From the NCBI RefSeq assembly GCF_964355755.1, contig NC_092670.1, positions 37,808,388 to 37,872,387 of the forward strand: 64,000 nt of DNA, given 5' to 3'. A model generated the notes under the pieces. That model made no database searches. It was not told the DNA's origin and saw nothing but the letters and a program-made list of their open reading frames with translations. How positions within the stretch are numbered: the first letter of the stretch is position 1; the number at the start of each line of letters is the position of its first letter. A program made the translations under genes and the position numbers. This DNA is from Antedon mediterranea. Lineage: Eukaryota > Animalia > Echinodermata. Below, one piece after another: positions 1-12,720 of this stretch.

Positions 1-793
1 TGAATTTCTGAACATGCTTACTAAACCAAAATGAACCTTTTGGTTTTCCTCGTAGTATAAGTTACCCTATTGTGCAAACATCTGTGTTAACATCACGATG
101 CCTTTGGTTGGCTGTTTGTACCAACTATATATTGGAAAATAAATGTTTAATGAAAGAATGTACATTTGTTACGTCAATGAATTTAAATAAATTAAAGGTT
201 GCCCACGTAATTTCTAATATTGTTTTTTTTATGACTTTCTCATTCAGTTTAAACAAAAGCATTGTCTACACTATCAAACTTCATATGGCAAAAATATGAT
301 ATGCCCATATATGTACACGATGATGACATATCACTACCATAATATTTGGGCACATCACACCTTTTTTTGTCAACTGACGCCATTTGCACACTGCGATAAC
401 CAATAGCATAATATATATTATATATGCAGGAAAGATAAAATACAAATTTCACGTAGTCCGTCCGATGAACTGCGTGTAGAATAAAAAATCAAGCGAACCG
501 TTGTATTTGCAACGATTTATGCAATAACTTTACATTAGAATTGATTTGTATAATTTCTAAAGTTATTGCCATCGTAGATTGCTTAGCTCAGCAAAACTTT
601 TACTTTCACAGCGGCGTTGTGTATTTATTTTATTCAGCGTTTAGTAATGGCATTGTTTACAAGATATTTTTTATTGTAAACATATGTTTTTTTTAGAATA
701 AAATGTATGACATCTCATTATATTTATGGATCGTATACATACACCCGAAGTACAGTACGTTCATTAGCATGTGGACATCTGGCTATAAAATAA
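1..793 (+). repeat. Upstream segment paralogous to ~56775-57912 (part of the gene duplication)
   Basis: Colinear sequence, for example aacatgcttactaa..atgaaccttttggttttcctcgtag and cattagcatgtggacatctggctataaaataa, occurs in both places. Confidence 0.9.
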
Positions 794-921
794 GGCGTCA
801 TCTACGCGTCTGGAAACTTGCAACCCAAACGCGTCTGTTCAATGCAGAACCTCATTAACGATCTTATGAATATTCATGAGCTACCCAATCGCGGCGAAGA
901 CGCGTCTGTGTGATTGAAACC

Positions 922-2346
922 CATAGTAGCCATTTCTGGCATTATTATGGTTTTTGGCATTATTTGGAGGCCCACGGCATCTGGCATAATGCCACTGCAT
1001 TATTTAGCCGTTTTTAGCATAATATGGCATAATTTTGTGTTTTTTAAACAAGCAAAAAAATAATATAGGCTACCGCAGAACAAGAATAATATTTTGTTTA
1101 ATCTTGCAATTTCGTACATATCACCTTACATTATGTGTTTTTAAGACTGTTCTCGGTTGTATATTATATTTATGTCTTTTTTTATTGGGTAATTTTAAAT
1201 TTCCTCTATCCTTTCCTTTCGGACTCAATCCACACTTGGGATAGGAAGGCTGCTGACAAACTACCGTGTGTGCGATAGGCAGCACAACGAAACCGACGAG
1301 GCTAGCCGCGATTGGCCAATTGCTCTAATCATGGACCTATCTAATTTTATAGGTCCATGCTCTAATCATGCAGGTTATTGGATCCCAGATGTAGAGACAA
1401 TTGAACGAAAACAAGGGGTTTTGTTTTTTAAGTTCATATAAGCGGCCGCACCCCTACCATAACCCTTAAAAGGGCAGTAACTTAGCAGCTCTAATTTAAA
1501 AACAAATTCTCCTAGAGAATTTGTTTTCCATATTTTAAATTAAGTTTCATTTGCATCGTAGTCGCCCTATTTTTCCAAATGTTCTTACCTCAGCCCAACC
1601 AGTCAGTGACCATGGTGGGAGGAGGTCCCAGACTCTTATACATTTTTATCTCAAATTAAGTGCCATTTCCGGCCATCGAGCAGCTCTAATTTTCAAAATG
1701 TCTTACCTCAGACACTTAATATATATTGTCGGACCATGGTGGGCTAAGATCCTGGAGGCACTAATATTTTTATTTCAAATTTGAAATGCCATTTCCAGCC
1801 ATCGAGCAGCTCCATTTTTCACAATTTTCTTACCTCAGCTAGCTCCAACCATGGTGGGACTGAGGTCCTGGAGACACTTAATATATATTTTTATTAAAAA
1901 TATTAATGCCTCCAGGATCTTAGCCCACCATGGTCCGAAAATGGCATTTATAATTTAAAATAGGAAATATTATTTCCTATTTTAAATTAAATGCCATTTT
2001 CGGACCATGGTGGGCTAAGATCCTGGAGGCATTAATATTTTTATTTCAAATTTGAAATGCCATTTCCAGCCATCGAGCAGCTCCATTTTCCACAATTTTC
2101 TTACCTCGCACCCCAAATATTGGGAAATATTAATATTAGTTATTAACACACAAAACTAAAAATACGACATAGGGATACAATTTTAGGCCCTATTTTTTGT
2201 CAGTTTGGGTTTTACGGACGTTTTTTAGACATGCAACCGATGACGATGTTTAGGACCACATTTTGGGGGTTTGCCATTATTTTCGCCAATCTGGCATTAT
2301 TTGAGACAGGCTACGGCATAATTTAAATTTATCGCTGGCAACGCTG
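922..2346. mobile_element. hAT-like non-autonomous element
   Basis: 8-bp TSD TTGAAACC (914-921, 2347-2354) and imperfect TIR CATAGTAGCCA / TGGCAACGCTG. Related partial copies at ~16280-16853 and ~7570-7900. Confidence 0.75.
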
Positions 2347-2613
2347 TTGAAACCCGTCGTCGCTGTTAGTAGGTAAAACAATAGAAGACGCGTCTCAGTG
2401 ATTAAAACCCGTCTGTATTGCTTGTATGGTAAAACAATAGATAGAAGACGCGTATTACCGCCTATGTTGTTAACCAAGGCTTGGTATCATTTCACAGAAC
2501 CATATATATTCACTATAATAATTATCTCTATGACTGAACCAACAAATCTACAGTACAGAAAGAAATTACTGCTTCGTATCTACGCGTAACCTTTCGTAGC
2601 CTACGCGTAGTTA

Positions 2614-3643
2614 AGGTTGGTTCCCACCAGAGCCATATATATAAAGAGTTACGACATTGGATTATAGTCACGTGATATGCAGATCAAATTGTGTCAAACT
2701 TTTCTCCATTATGTAAAGTATAGGATCAACAAAATACTTTAAACTTTTTGTTATATTTAAAAAAATGTAATTGCACAATTTACGGTAAAATATCGACGTG
2801 CACATGCAGCGTACAGAAGTACTTGCGCCAAAGAATATTGCGCGCGCGTGCGCTAGTACATTATAAGGTTCTATTGATTGATTTTGGAACAAAACATCCC
2901 ATAACTAGCTGTACGTCCTATTAATAACAATTATGTAATATTTTCAATTCATAATGCATGCTTTGATGACTAAATAAAATAATAAAGTGTCGAGGATATA
3001 TTTGTTAATATACTGAAAAGAGTATGAACAATATTTAAATAATAAAGGCAAATTATTACAAATGAAATGATGAACGAGTCTCTGAATGTTAATAACGTTG
3101 GCGGCGCAGTTTGTGTAAAAAACACACAGAACATCATATACTGCATAAAAAGAGGGGTGAATTTGTTTGTTTTTTGTATTGGTTCATTCTTTGATGTATC
3201 CTAATTTCCATGTATGCCCTAGCATTTATTTTTTCGTTATTATAAAAAATATATATCTATTTTAACAAATCAATTATACCATGAATAAAATTAATTACTA
3301 AAATAAAAACGGAATCTAAGCGTTATTTCATTGACAACAAAATCTAAAAATAATGCATGAACTATAGGAAAACACTATACAAAAAAGACGCGCGCGCCCT
3401 CAGCGTGCGAATTCTTTGACACAAAAATGGCTTCTAATTTTCAATGTCGTAACTCTTTATATATATGGCTATGGTTCTCACTCTAGAACGTAACGCAAGG
3501 ACGTAAACGCAACGCAAGCGTTTTAACCAATGACAAGCGAAGTTATAGACAGTTAGCAATCACAAGCGAATAAGCCATCGCTTGTGATTGGTCAAATCGT
3601 TGCGTTACGTCCCTGTGTTGCGTCGCTAGTGGGAACCACGCTG
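2614..3643. mobile_element. Harbinger-type MITE interrupted by the 2628-3473 element
   Basis: Ends TGGTTCCCAC..TAG..ACGCAAGGACGTAA / TTACGTCCC..TTGCGTCGCTAGTGGGAACCA are inverted repeats. Confidence 0.55.
2628..3473. mobile_element. P-element-like (CANRG) or hAT-like MITE, 846 bp
   Basis: 32-bp TIR CA(G/T)AGCCATATATATAAAGAGTTACGACATTG and 8-bp TSD GTTCCCAC/GTTCTCAC. A second copy lies inverted at 55001-55845. Confidence 0.8.
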
Positions 3644-3717
3644 TAGATTGTAGATCGTAGGTCATGTGCTCTCTGAACGTAGTCTACGAACAGCTGTCTA
3701 CGAAGTGTTGTTGGGTG

Positions 3718-3921
3718 TCTAGAAAACTCAGATCTCAGATTTATCTAAGTTTTCTAGATCTATAGAAAAGTCAGATATCTGAGTTTTCTAGATCTAGAAA
3801 ACTCAGATATCTGACTTTTCTAGATCTAGAAAACTCAGATATCTGACTTTCTAGATCTAGAAAACTCAGATGTCAAGATCTGAGTTTTCTAGTTCCAAAA
3901 TGGAACTAGAAAACCCAGATC
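3718..3921. repeat. Tandem array of a 32-bp near-palindrome
   Basis: TCTAGAAAACTCAGATATCTGACTTTTCTAGA, ~6 variably degenerate units. Confidence 0.8.
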
Positions 3922-4149
3922 ATCAAAATGGATCGTTCCATTATTAATAGAGGATAGCTAATTGTTTGAAATACTACAGTATTATACGTTTTCTTACTAA
4001 TAATAATTATTGTAACTTGTAGTAGTAGCAGGGGAAAAAATCCAGGAACACCATTATCGTCGTCAGCCACCCTCTCTGTGTACCGAATAAAAAAAAACAT
4101 GTGACAGTTTGCGGTTAAAGTAGAGAGTACCAATTGCATGCTGCTGCAG

Positions 4150-7100
4150 ACTGTCCGCCATGCGGTATGTCTACTACAGGGAGTTTGTGTCCGCTAACCG
4201 GTACCTTGTAAAATTGCCCGGCGATTCCATTGGTCTGGGGTCGGAGTTGATAAATCCAATGGCAAAAACATACATAGAGTCAGTAGATTTCTCTATGTAA
4301 CGTCCGTTGACGACCATCTGCGTTTTCAACCTTGTACACTGGAATATTTGGATGTTTGAAGAACACGACATATGGGGTTTCCTCCCATCTGTCTACGAGT
4401 TTTTGCTTCCCGATAATATGTTTCTTTTGCACAAGGACGCGATCGCCCAATTCCAAAGGAGCTTGAGTTGTCTTTGTGTCATACTCATGTTTCTGTTTGT
4501 CTTTGGCTTTCATGGACGATTTGGATGCTTGGTCATAGACCAGCTTAAATCACTCGCGAAATTGAAAGACCAACTCATCATAATCATCGTCATCGCTATT
4601 ATGATTATCGCTATCAAGTCCAAACATGACATCAATATTGGTAGATTGGCATGTCGACCGAACATTAATAAGTAAAATGGTGCATAACCCGTGGAATCGT
4701 GTTTCGTACAATTATATGCGTATGCCATATCGCCAACGTATTCCTTCCAGTCCTGTTTACGATCAAGTGGGAGTGTACCCAGCATGTCGATTAGTGTTCT
4801 ATTAAATCTCTCCATAGTTCCCTTACCCATTGAGTGGTAGGGTGTAGTACGTGACTTTGCTATTCCGGCGACCTTGCACACAGATTTAATTATTGCGCTT
4901 TCAAAATTACGCCCTTGATCGGAGTGGATATAGGTTTTGGGAAACCATAATGTCTAAATACGTTCTGAAATAGTACCTTGGCAACAGTTTCAGCCGTCTG
5001 GTTTTTTGTTGGGTACGCTAAGGCATATCGGGTGAAATGATCGGTGATAACTAAAACATTCTCATAGCCTCCTTTCGACCGTTTCAGACCAAGGAAGTCG
5101 ATGATGCATAGTAGTTCCATTGGTTCGTTTGTGTGAATATTCACGAGAGGCGCACGTTTCACATTTGGTGAAGTTTTTCGATGACATGTGTCACACCAGG
5201 TCTTAATGTCAGATGCCATCTTAGGCCAATAAATCATATCGATGGTTCGATCATAACCCAAATGCCCGATGTTCATGCAGGTGTTCAAAAGCAAGTTTGT
5301 GTTTAGACGTTGGTAATACAAGCTGATCACATGTGTCATAATATTAATAAATCTGATTTCCTGTGGTTAGATAAGGATGCTTCAGACTAGGTCTGCTTAA
5401 TTTATGAGCCAATCAGAATAGTATAATTTTGGTGGGAAACTTTTTGAGGCAACATTTTGATCCTCCTCAGAAGCCCCTAATTTGCATGTCAAGTATAAGT
5501 AGTAAAATGTTATAGATATTATTAGTGGAGAAAAGAATATAAGATCATAGTAGAAAGATGTTCTGTATAGAGTATATGAAAGGTGTAGACTGAGTTACGA
5601 GAAATAAAAGTTTAGTTGAATACAGTATACTTTTTGTATGTGAAATCATTTTGGCAGTCAGTGTGTACGGTCTCGTGGATTTAATACGCCAGAGAAAGCA
5701 TACGCTCGGAACCGACTATATAAATTCACTACAACATGCTTCTCCAGTGTTGTTATTGGTGGTCCTATATAATACGTTGTTTATGAACTTTAGGCGATTC
5801 CATTGTCTGAGTAAACAGATGACATTCGGATGTTCAAGTCGACGCTCTGCTGCTGATGGCTTTTGATTGCGCCGGAAGAATATCACTCGGTCAAGTACAT
5901 CGTCCTCACCATGGAGACGTGATATGTCCCCTTGAGAAGATTAGGGACGACCGCAAAACCATGATTTGTGTTAACATCAGGGGCTTGCACTGGGTCCCCA
6001 GCAGCATCAGTGTTGTCGGTACGAGATTTGCTTCTGGCGTGGGCCTGACACTGTACAATTGTGGTTGGACATACAGACACGGATCCCCAGGGGCAGATCC
6101 AACAACGGATTATTATCAGTGATTTCCAATTAGGTACTCACGAAAGTTATTAGGGTGTTTAAGATGTGTAAATGCTTTGTCGCAGTCTGAAGTCCATACA
6201 AATGGTGATGGTTTGGCGTTCATTGCCTTTCTTCCATTCTTTTTCTTTCGTCGTGGGTCACCGCACGTTAGGGCATATTAAATGGCGCAGCTATCTCCGA
6301 ATACTGGCTGCTGATAAACCGTCTGTAGTAGCCGGTAAATCCCCAAAATTGAAGAACTTGTTTGCGGTCAACCGGGGTGGGCCAGTAGTCGACTTGTGCT
6401 GTTTTAGCAGGGTCGGCATGAATCCCCTCGGCTGATACAATGTGACCCAAATAATTAACCTTTATGGGATGGGCTAGGTGTGGTGCGCACGGTTGTTGCT
6501 TTCGTTCCCGTTCCAGTAGTTTTATCTCTCATAGTACAGAACGAAATGTCATTGACCTTGGCCTCATGGACGCTATTCGTGCAACTACTTCTTGGTCATA
6601 CTTTCCCCGCATTAATTGTTGTGTCAACATTCGATCCCTTTCATACATGGGACCTCGCCCAAGTTTCTCCTCCACATCTCTAAACACTGCCTCTATTTCT
6701 ATTGCATAAAAACTAGCTGACTCACCCTGTCTTTGTGTTCTCTGATAAAAATCAGATAAGGGGTCACCAGAGGACACATTTCCGAATTGTTCTTTCAGTT
6801 CTTTGAATGCTCTTTCAGGTGTCCGACATTCTCTCGGAAGGTTTAACACCAGCTTCCGTGCAGTTCCTCCCAGATTTCTAACAACTGTTGACAACTGTAG
6901 GTGACTAGGCATGTTGCTACAACTTAATATATGCTGTACATCTCTGGTTCAATCCTCAATCAGTAGGTTGGATGATTGTCTCGTAAATATTGGTACTCCT
7001 TTTAGTTGGTGTGCCGGGGTGTAAATTTGTACTGATTTTGGCACCGGTAATAATGGTTTTACCGCTGTGTTATACCCCTGAACTGGTCTTGGTAACCGAG

Positions 7101-7560
7101 GTTGGCCTGGAGTTTCTAGGCTTTGGAGACACGTCCGGTCTCAACGGGGTAGTATAGTAACCACTTCTCTCCCATATGGCGAAATTTCTGGGTGAACAGT
7201 TTCACATCGGGTATCTTCATATCCTGTCATATATCCAATACAGTATATTCCATTGTAGATTAAAATATGTCACGGCACCAATTGTAGCTCTTCACAAAAT
7301 ATTAACTATAATAACTTAAACCTAGGTTCTCAATTTCAGCTACAAAATCGATGAAACACAGCATTCCAATACAAAGTGCTTTTATTAATTACAGTATAAC
7401 ACAACTGCTTACTTTAAACTGACTCATCTATCCAATTTCACAGAATTTCTAGATAACACACAGGCTATAAAACTTTCTTATTCCCCACCACAAAACCCAC
7501 AAAATGAACCAGTTGTTATATAAAGGAGGTACAGTCTTAATTAATTCAAGAGTGTGGAAT
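4150..7560 (-). mobile_element. Decayed Ty3/Gypsy LTR retrotransposon
   Basis: Minus strand: gag (6529-~7230), RT end GHIVSAEGIHADPAK..FTGYYRRFI (6268-6450), RNase H TDNNPL (~6100), integrase HLG..YWPKM..CDTC, IDF, TTPYH..ERFNRTL and GPY/F-like tail (4280-5339). Frameshifted and internally deleted. PBS TGGTGCCGTGAC (7269-7280) is complementary to the tRNA-His 3' end and lies 2 nt from the LTR end at 7283. Confidence 0.92.
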
Positions 7561-8763
7561 GTGTAAAATCAATAGGGGCCTCTTTCCAGGGACTTGGCAG
7601 TTCTATTTTTCACAACTTTTTTAGCAGCTCAACCCTAATGGTAGTGCTGGTCCTTACTTATATATTTTTATTTTTTTTTTCGAAGTACTATAATCCAATT
7701 TCCAGATTGCACAACTTTTCTAAATGTTCTTAGCTCCATCCCAACCTCGGTTGGCTGGTTCTCTGTAGACTTATAATTTCGTTTCATATATCAATGTATA
7801 ATTGCAATTTCCGGGGACCTAGCAGCTTTATTTTTCAAAATGTTCTTACCGATCAGCCCATGGGTGTTCGTCTCGCGCATTTACAATTTTCGCACCCCCA
7901 GACAGTAACCAGTCTCTGCGATTAACGATATACTTCTTGGCCCTTGGTTTTACGTTCGCGTATATTTTCTATTTTAGGCATATTTAACTTTAAAAACTTC
8001 ATTTTTAAAATTGAAAGAATGTATTTACAGTCATCGCAACGTGTTTTTCACACAGTATTTTATTTATGTACCATAAAAAATGGAAAAAGTTGAATACCCT
8101 AAATCTTATTAAAACGGCCTCAAATTACGCTATAACGCTTCCCCCTGACCCCTAGCCTAGTGATGCTCGTTTTACTTACATAGCCACCCCCCCCCCCCCC
8201 CCCCGTAAGCTATATTTGGCCTGTTCGTTGAAGTTCACCTGGTTGTGCGGGTGTAAGATTGAACATTGTCCGGTGTTTAAAAGTGTCCACCGGACAATTT
8301 TCAGCATTGAATAGTGTAACACCAGCTGTTGAAAATGGTTACAACCACCCGGAAAGTTTTCATTGGTAACAAAATAGGTCCCTCGACTGTCACAACCTAA
8401 CCTTTATCCTGTAACAATTATGCCACTGGACATTCAACTCCCATTTAGGGTATTTATAATTTCTTAGAATATCAACTTGAATCGCAAAACTTGTCGATCC
8501 AAATAAATATTATTATTTATTGTTATATCAGGAGAAATAGTCTATCAAATTAGGCATAAAAAATATTTGTTTGCTGTTTTTCTTTTTGGCAGGGGGCGGG
8601 TGGGAAAAAGTTTTTTTTTTTTTTTTTTAATGTTAATTTCTCTGTTAATTGTACGCGAATTTGAGAGTAACAAAACACACTGAATAAAACAACGAGCTAC
8701 ACAGTAGGCCTAGCATTAGGTCGTTGTTAGCAGGCCTAATTAAATATTTTATAATTTAGTGTA

Positions 8764-10969
8764 CCGTATATTTTGGTGTATAAGTCGCACCTGTGTATAA
8801 GACGCACCCCCTAAATGAGAGTAAAATATCGGTATTTTGTATATCGTCGATGTATAAGACGCACTTTATATTTCATCAACACATGTTTTTTCTCACCTAG
8901 GCTTGGCCGCGCCCAGCCTCAACACAAGAAGGGAAGTCACCCATCCCGTCAGTTCTTTCTAACTTGTAACTTTATTCATGAGTTTCGCAACAAGTTGCTG
9001 TTACTTGATAGAGTTGTACAACAAAGTCAACTTACTAGATGCAACTTCATTAGAGCCTGCTTCAACAGAAATTTATAATTCCCAGCAATGTTTTAACTGT
9101 ATATATGAACTGTTTTATAAGTTGTTTTTTGACTGTGTAATTTGGTAGTAGTCACTCTCATACTGTAGGCCTACATTTAAAAGTAACACATCCACATGCC
9201 AACTTCAAGTCAATGGCTACCAGATGTCTCTGTGAGACGGTTATTTGAACCAGTACCAGTACCAGTACCCGCAACATCGAGTGCATGACCGGACCACCGC
9301 ACGTGCGTGCGTGTTGGCTGCCTCGCTCGATCCTTTTGTACGCCATGTGGTTTCCAAGAAGAGCTCGCTCGCGCTGGGGGTACGGCGGTCGGCGATCGTG
9401 CGTATCTATAATACTATTCCAATCGTAAACGTTTACAAATGAAATTTTATCGGAGCGCCAAAAACAGCTCCATAATGAACAAATCTTTTCATCATATTTA
9501 GTACAACATCACGCTAAAATGCCTTAAAAACTAGGCAGAAGCAGGTTGCTGTTACGTTAGTACACTGTAGCAGGCCTAGGCCTTACCAAAAGCCCAGGCC
9601 TAGCCAAACGAGGTGCGGCGATATGTGTACACTCTGTGTGGTGAGGCAAGTATGTTAGGTGTATAAGACGCGCACCCTTAACCGATTCACCACGATAAGC
9701 GCTTAAAGCGCTCAAAAGGTTAAAAGTCAAGGTCATTGTAAACAAATTTTCAACAAAAAAAAAGTAAATCGAATTTACATGCGCAGTTTGCTGTGCATGA
9801 ATCGTAACAACAAATTATACAAACTACTCACAACTTTTTTTTAAAAAATATGCTTCTAAATATATAAAAACAATTGTTGAAGTTAGTTTGAAAATAAAAT
9901 TCGAAAATATAACCGTTTTTCGAAGCACGCTGTTCGAAACGCGACAGGCGCGTTGAATGAATCTAGGCCTAGACATACAACGTAAAATCGTCTAAAATCC
10001 ATCTTTATTTCTAATAATCACTATTTTGAAGCTTGTATACAATAAATGTATAATAAATAAAGATTATGTATCAGTTACAGTGTCTAAATCGTCATATTTC
10101 CATGTAAAAATGTGATTTTTCTACCGGAGAAAAGTCGTGAAGATGTCCTCACAAGGGCCGCGCCATATTGTTTACCTTTGATTGTAATATGAACCCTGAC
10201 ATGTCAGATGCATTATGGGCATGAAATATTTGTTCAAACTCTGCGCAAAGGTCAGTTTATTGAAGCATAACTTTTGACAAACATTTTGATACCAAACTTG
10301 TTTTAATTTCATAAGTTTTCGACGCATTTTCGTCAAATTTTCTGCAAGCTACACGTCTAAAACAGCGGACTAAGCTCCCGAGGGATGCCGGTGCGCGTGG
10401 GAATCGCGAATTCCAAGTCGCTTTCGGGATGTTTTTTTTAACATTCCCGGTGAACAAACAGCGGCGAGGACGCTCTCGGGGCGGCTCCCGATAGGCCTAG
10501 GCCCCATATGGTCATCGTCGGATGAGTCAGTCTACTAATTTCTTCATAATTTCGAAACCGGTCATTCATAATGGTCAAGTTTGGTCTTATTTTGAAGAGA
10601 AGAAATAGGTTCTGATGAAGAGATGAGTTTTATTATGAAATATTTATTAATTTTTGTGCATTTGGTAGTCAAAGATAAATTACAAATTTTTAATAATTTT
10701 CCTAAAATATTTCTAAAATTTGCATAATCCATACTCCGCCAAAATAAGTTGTAACACAAATTTGATAACATATTTGGAAATAAAATGTCCTTTGCATTAT
10801 TTTTGTTTTTTAATTTTTTTAATGTCTGTGTTTAGAAAAAAAGTTAGGGTTAATTATATGACATATGCTTTTTGGGTCCCAGGGGAGCAAAATAAACTTA
10901 GGGGTCAATGGGTTAATTTAGAGGTTATATTTGCGTGTCAAAAGTGCGATTATACACCGAAATATACGG
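8764..10969. mobile_element. Tc1/mariner-pogo-like non-autonomous element
   Basis: TA|CCGTATATTTTGGTGTATAAGTCGCA ... TGCGATTATACACCGAAATATACGG|TA, with internal TATAAGACGCAC repeats. The right end is duplicated at 11370. Confidence 0.8.
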
Positions 10970-11541
10970 TACGTTATTATTTTAATTGTTCCATCCTCGC
11001 ACACTCGATTTACACCTTTTCGGCCAAAAAAACTAACAAAAAATCTTTTTTTAAAAAAAGCGCCCTCAACGTTAAAAAAACACTTTTTCTTTATCTCCGC
11101 CCCTAATTTTTGGCGAAATTAGGGGCGGCGGATGACAGCAAACATCACGCTAAAATGCCTTAAAAACTAGGCAGAAGCAGGTTGCTGTTACGTTAGTACA
11201 CTGTAGCAGGCCTAGGCCTTACCAAAAGCCCAGGCCTAGCCAAACGAGGTGCGGCGATATGTGTACACTCTGTGTGGTGAGGCAAGTATGTTAGGTGTAT
11301 AAGACGCGCACCCTTAATTTAGAGGTTATATTTGCGTGTCAAAAGTGCGATTATACACCGAAATATACGGTACGTTATTATTTTAATTGTTCCATCCTCG
11401 CACACTCGATTTACACCTTTTCGGCCAAAAAAACTAACAAAAAATCTTTTTTTTTTAAAAGCGCCCTCAACGTTAAAAAAACACTTTTTCTTTATCTCCG
11501 CCCCTAATTTTTGGCGAAATTAGGGGCGGCGGATGACAGCA
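9505..11541 (+). repeat. 401-bp tandem duplication (first copy carries the TTAA element)
   Basis: 9505-11140 minus 1235 bp matches 11141-11541. AACA microhomology at the junction. Confidence 0.9.
9682..10912. mobile_element. piggyBac-like (TTAA) non-autonomous element, 1231 bp
   Basis: TTAA at both ends (9678-9681, 10913-10916) and CC..GG termini. The exact empty site GCACCC-TTAA-TTTAGAGG is at 11314-11317. Confidence 0.85.
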
Positions 11542-12469
11542 AACAAAAAATTTTTTTTAGGCCTTATAACAAAACCTGTTGTTTCACAGACCAGAACAGA
11601 CATATCAATTTGAAGTGAATAATAAAAAATATAATGGTCGCTATTTGAGGTGTCTTTAGGTAAAGGGATTAACTGAATCCTAATATTTTTCCCCGTACAA
11701 TATTCAATGGTGGACACATTTCAATACGTGGGTCATACATTATTAAACGGGCCGGACAGCATTCAATATTGTTGAAAACCGCCCGCGAACCCGTTGAAAA
11801 ATGCAACTGGACACTATTCAATGCTGAAAAGTGTCCGCCCGGACACTTTTAAATGACGGACACATTTCAATCTTACACGGGCGATACTGCATAGGCGCAA
11901 AGGCCTGAAACAAGGTAAAACCAGTACACGTAAAAGTAGGTCAGAGGCGACGAATACTGATTTGTTACCGCTTGTTGTGCACGACCGATACAGTGGATAC
12001 CACGATAAAAAAAAATCTACAATGTGCTTAAAAATCAAACATTGTGGATACTGTATTTTGTTATGGATTTTTAAAAAAATAACACCACAAACTGATTAAA
12101 ATATGTCATGGCATGGAGTCAAAAAGGATAATATAAAGTTATTGCTATAAATAATAATTTAATATCACGCTGTCAATGAATTAACTTGTATGTAGCACGT
12201 TTTATCACCAGTCAGTCGTATATAGGGGCGGGGCCATAGTCGAACATGCATATTGGCGTCTAGACGCAGCCAAATCAGACTGGTTTTGAGACGCGTTTTT
12301 GGGTAAACAATAGAAAACGCGTCTGGACGCTGATTTGTGGTCTGAAATAATTTGTAGATGACGCCTAATACATGAGACGATACGAATTTATTCGTATCGT
12401 CTCAGATCATGTATATAAAAGCATCTACGCGTGCGCAGTGTTTAACACAAACCTACAGATAGAAATAAT

Positions 12470-12720
12470 CAATATGCCAACCAAGTTTTAACCAATCAAA
12501 ATTATGTATTTAAACACATGATATACAGTGACCAATGAACATATGATGACGTAACAACAACTCTGTAAAGTTTCAACCAATCACAACAATGTATTATAAT
12601 TTGTTGTAAGTATAAACCAATTAATTGACTCCTTTTGCGAATTGCATACTAATTGATAAAATGATTTGGTATAAAAACGGATGATGCGGACGAAGAGCCT
12701 ACCAAAGCGCGACAGACAAG
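12470..12720 (+). promoter_or_regulatory. Putative proximal promoter of gene 1
   Basis: TATAAAA at 12670-12676, ~45 bp before the ATG. Four CCAAT boxes and a TGACGTAA CRE-like site lie in ~12490-12622. All are retained in the paralogue at ~58000-58195. Confidence 0.5.

Larger units (their letters stand above)
8553..11563. mobile_element. Harbinger-like MITE
   Basis: TTA TSD (8550-8552, 11564-11566) and TIR GGCATAAAAAATATTTGTTTGCTG / CAGCAAACAAAAAATTTTTTTTAGGCC. Confidence 0.7.
8251..11878. mobile_element. TIR DNA element, superfamily unclear
   Basis: ~65-bp imperfect inverted ends GTGTAAGATTGAA..TGTCCG..TTTAAAAGTGTCC..CGGACA.TTTTCAGCATTGAATAGTGT. TSD not resolved. Confidence 0.7.
794..12365. 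mobile_element. PIF/Harbinger-like element (11.6 kb including nested insertions)
   Basis: Perfect 12-bp TIR GGCGTCATCTAC (794-805) / GTAGATGACGCC (12354-12365) with a TAA duplication (791-793, 12366-12368). The empty site is at ~57910. Subterminal ACGCGT motifs recur. No transposase was recognised. Confidence 0.85.

Noticed and set aside
10720-11523. Duplicated ORFs 10720/11295 and 10931/11332
   Set aside because: They span transposon termini within the 401-bp duplication and show no protein motif.
794-12365. Autonomous transposase in the large element
   Set aside because: No DDE, Myb/SANT, THAP or piggyBac-like ORF was recognised; only Gypsy remnants encode recognisable protein.
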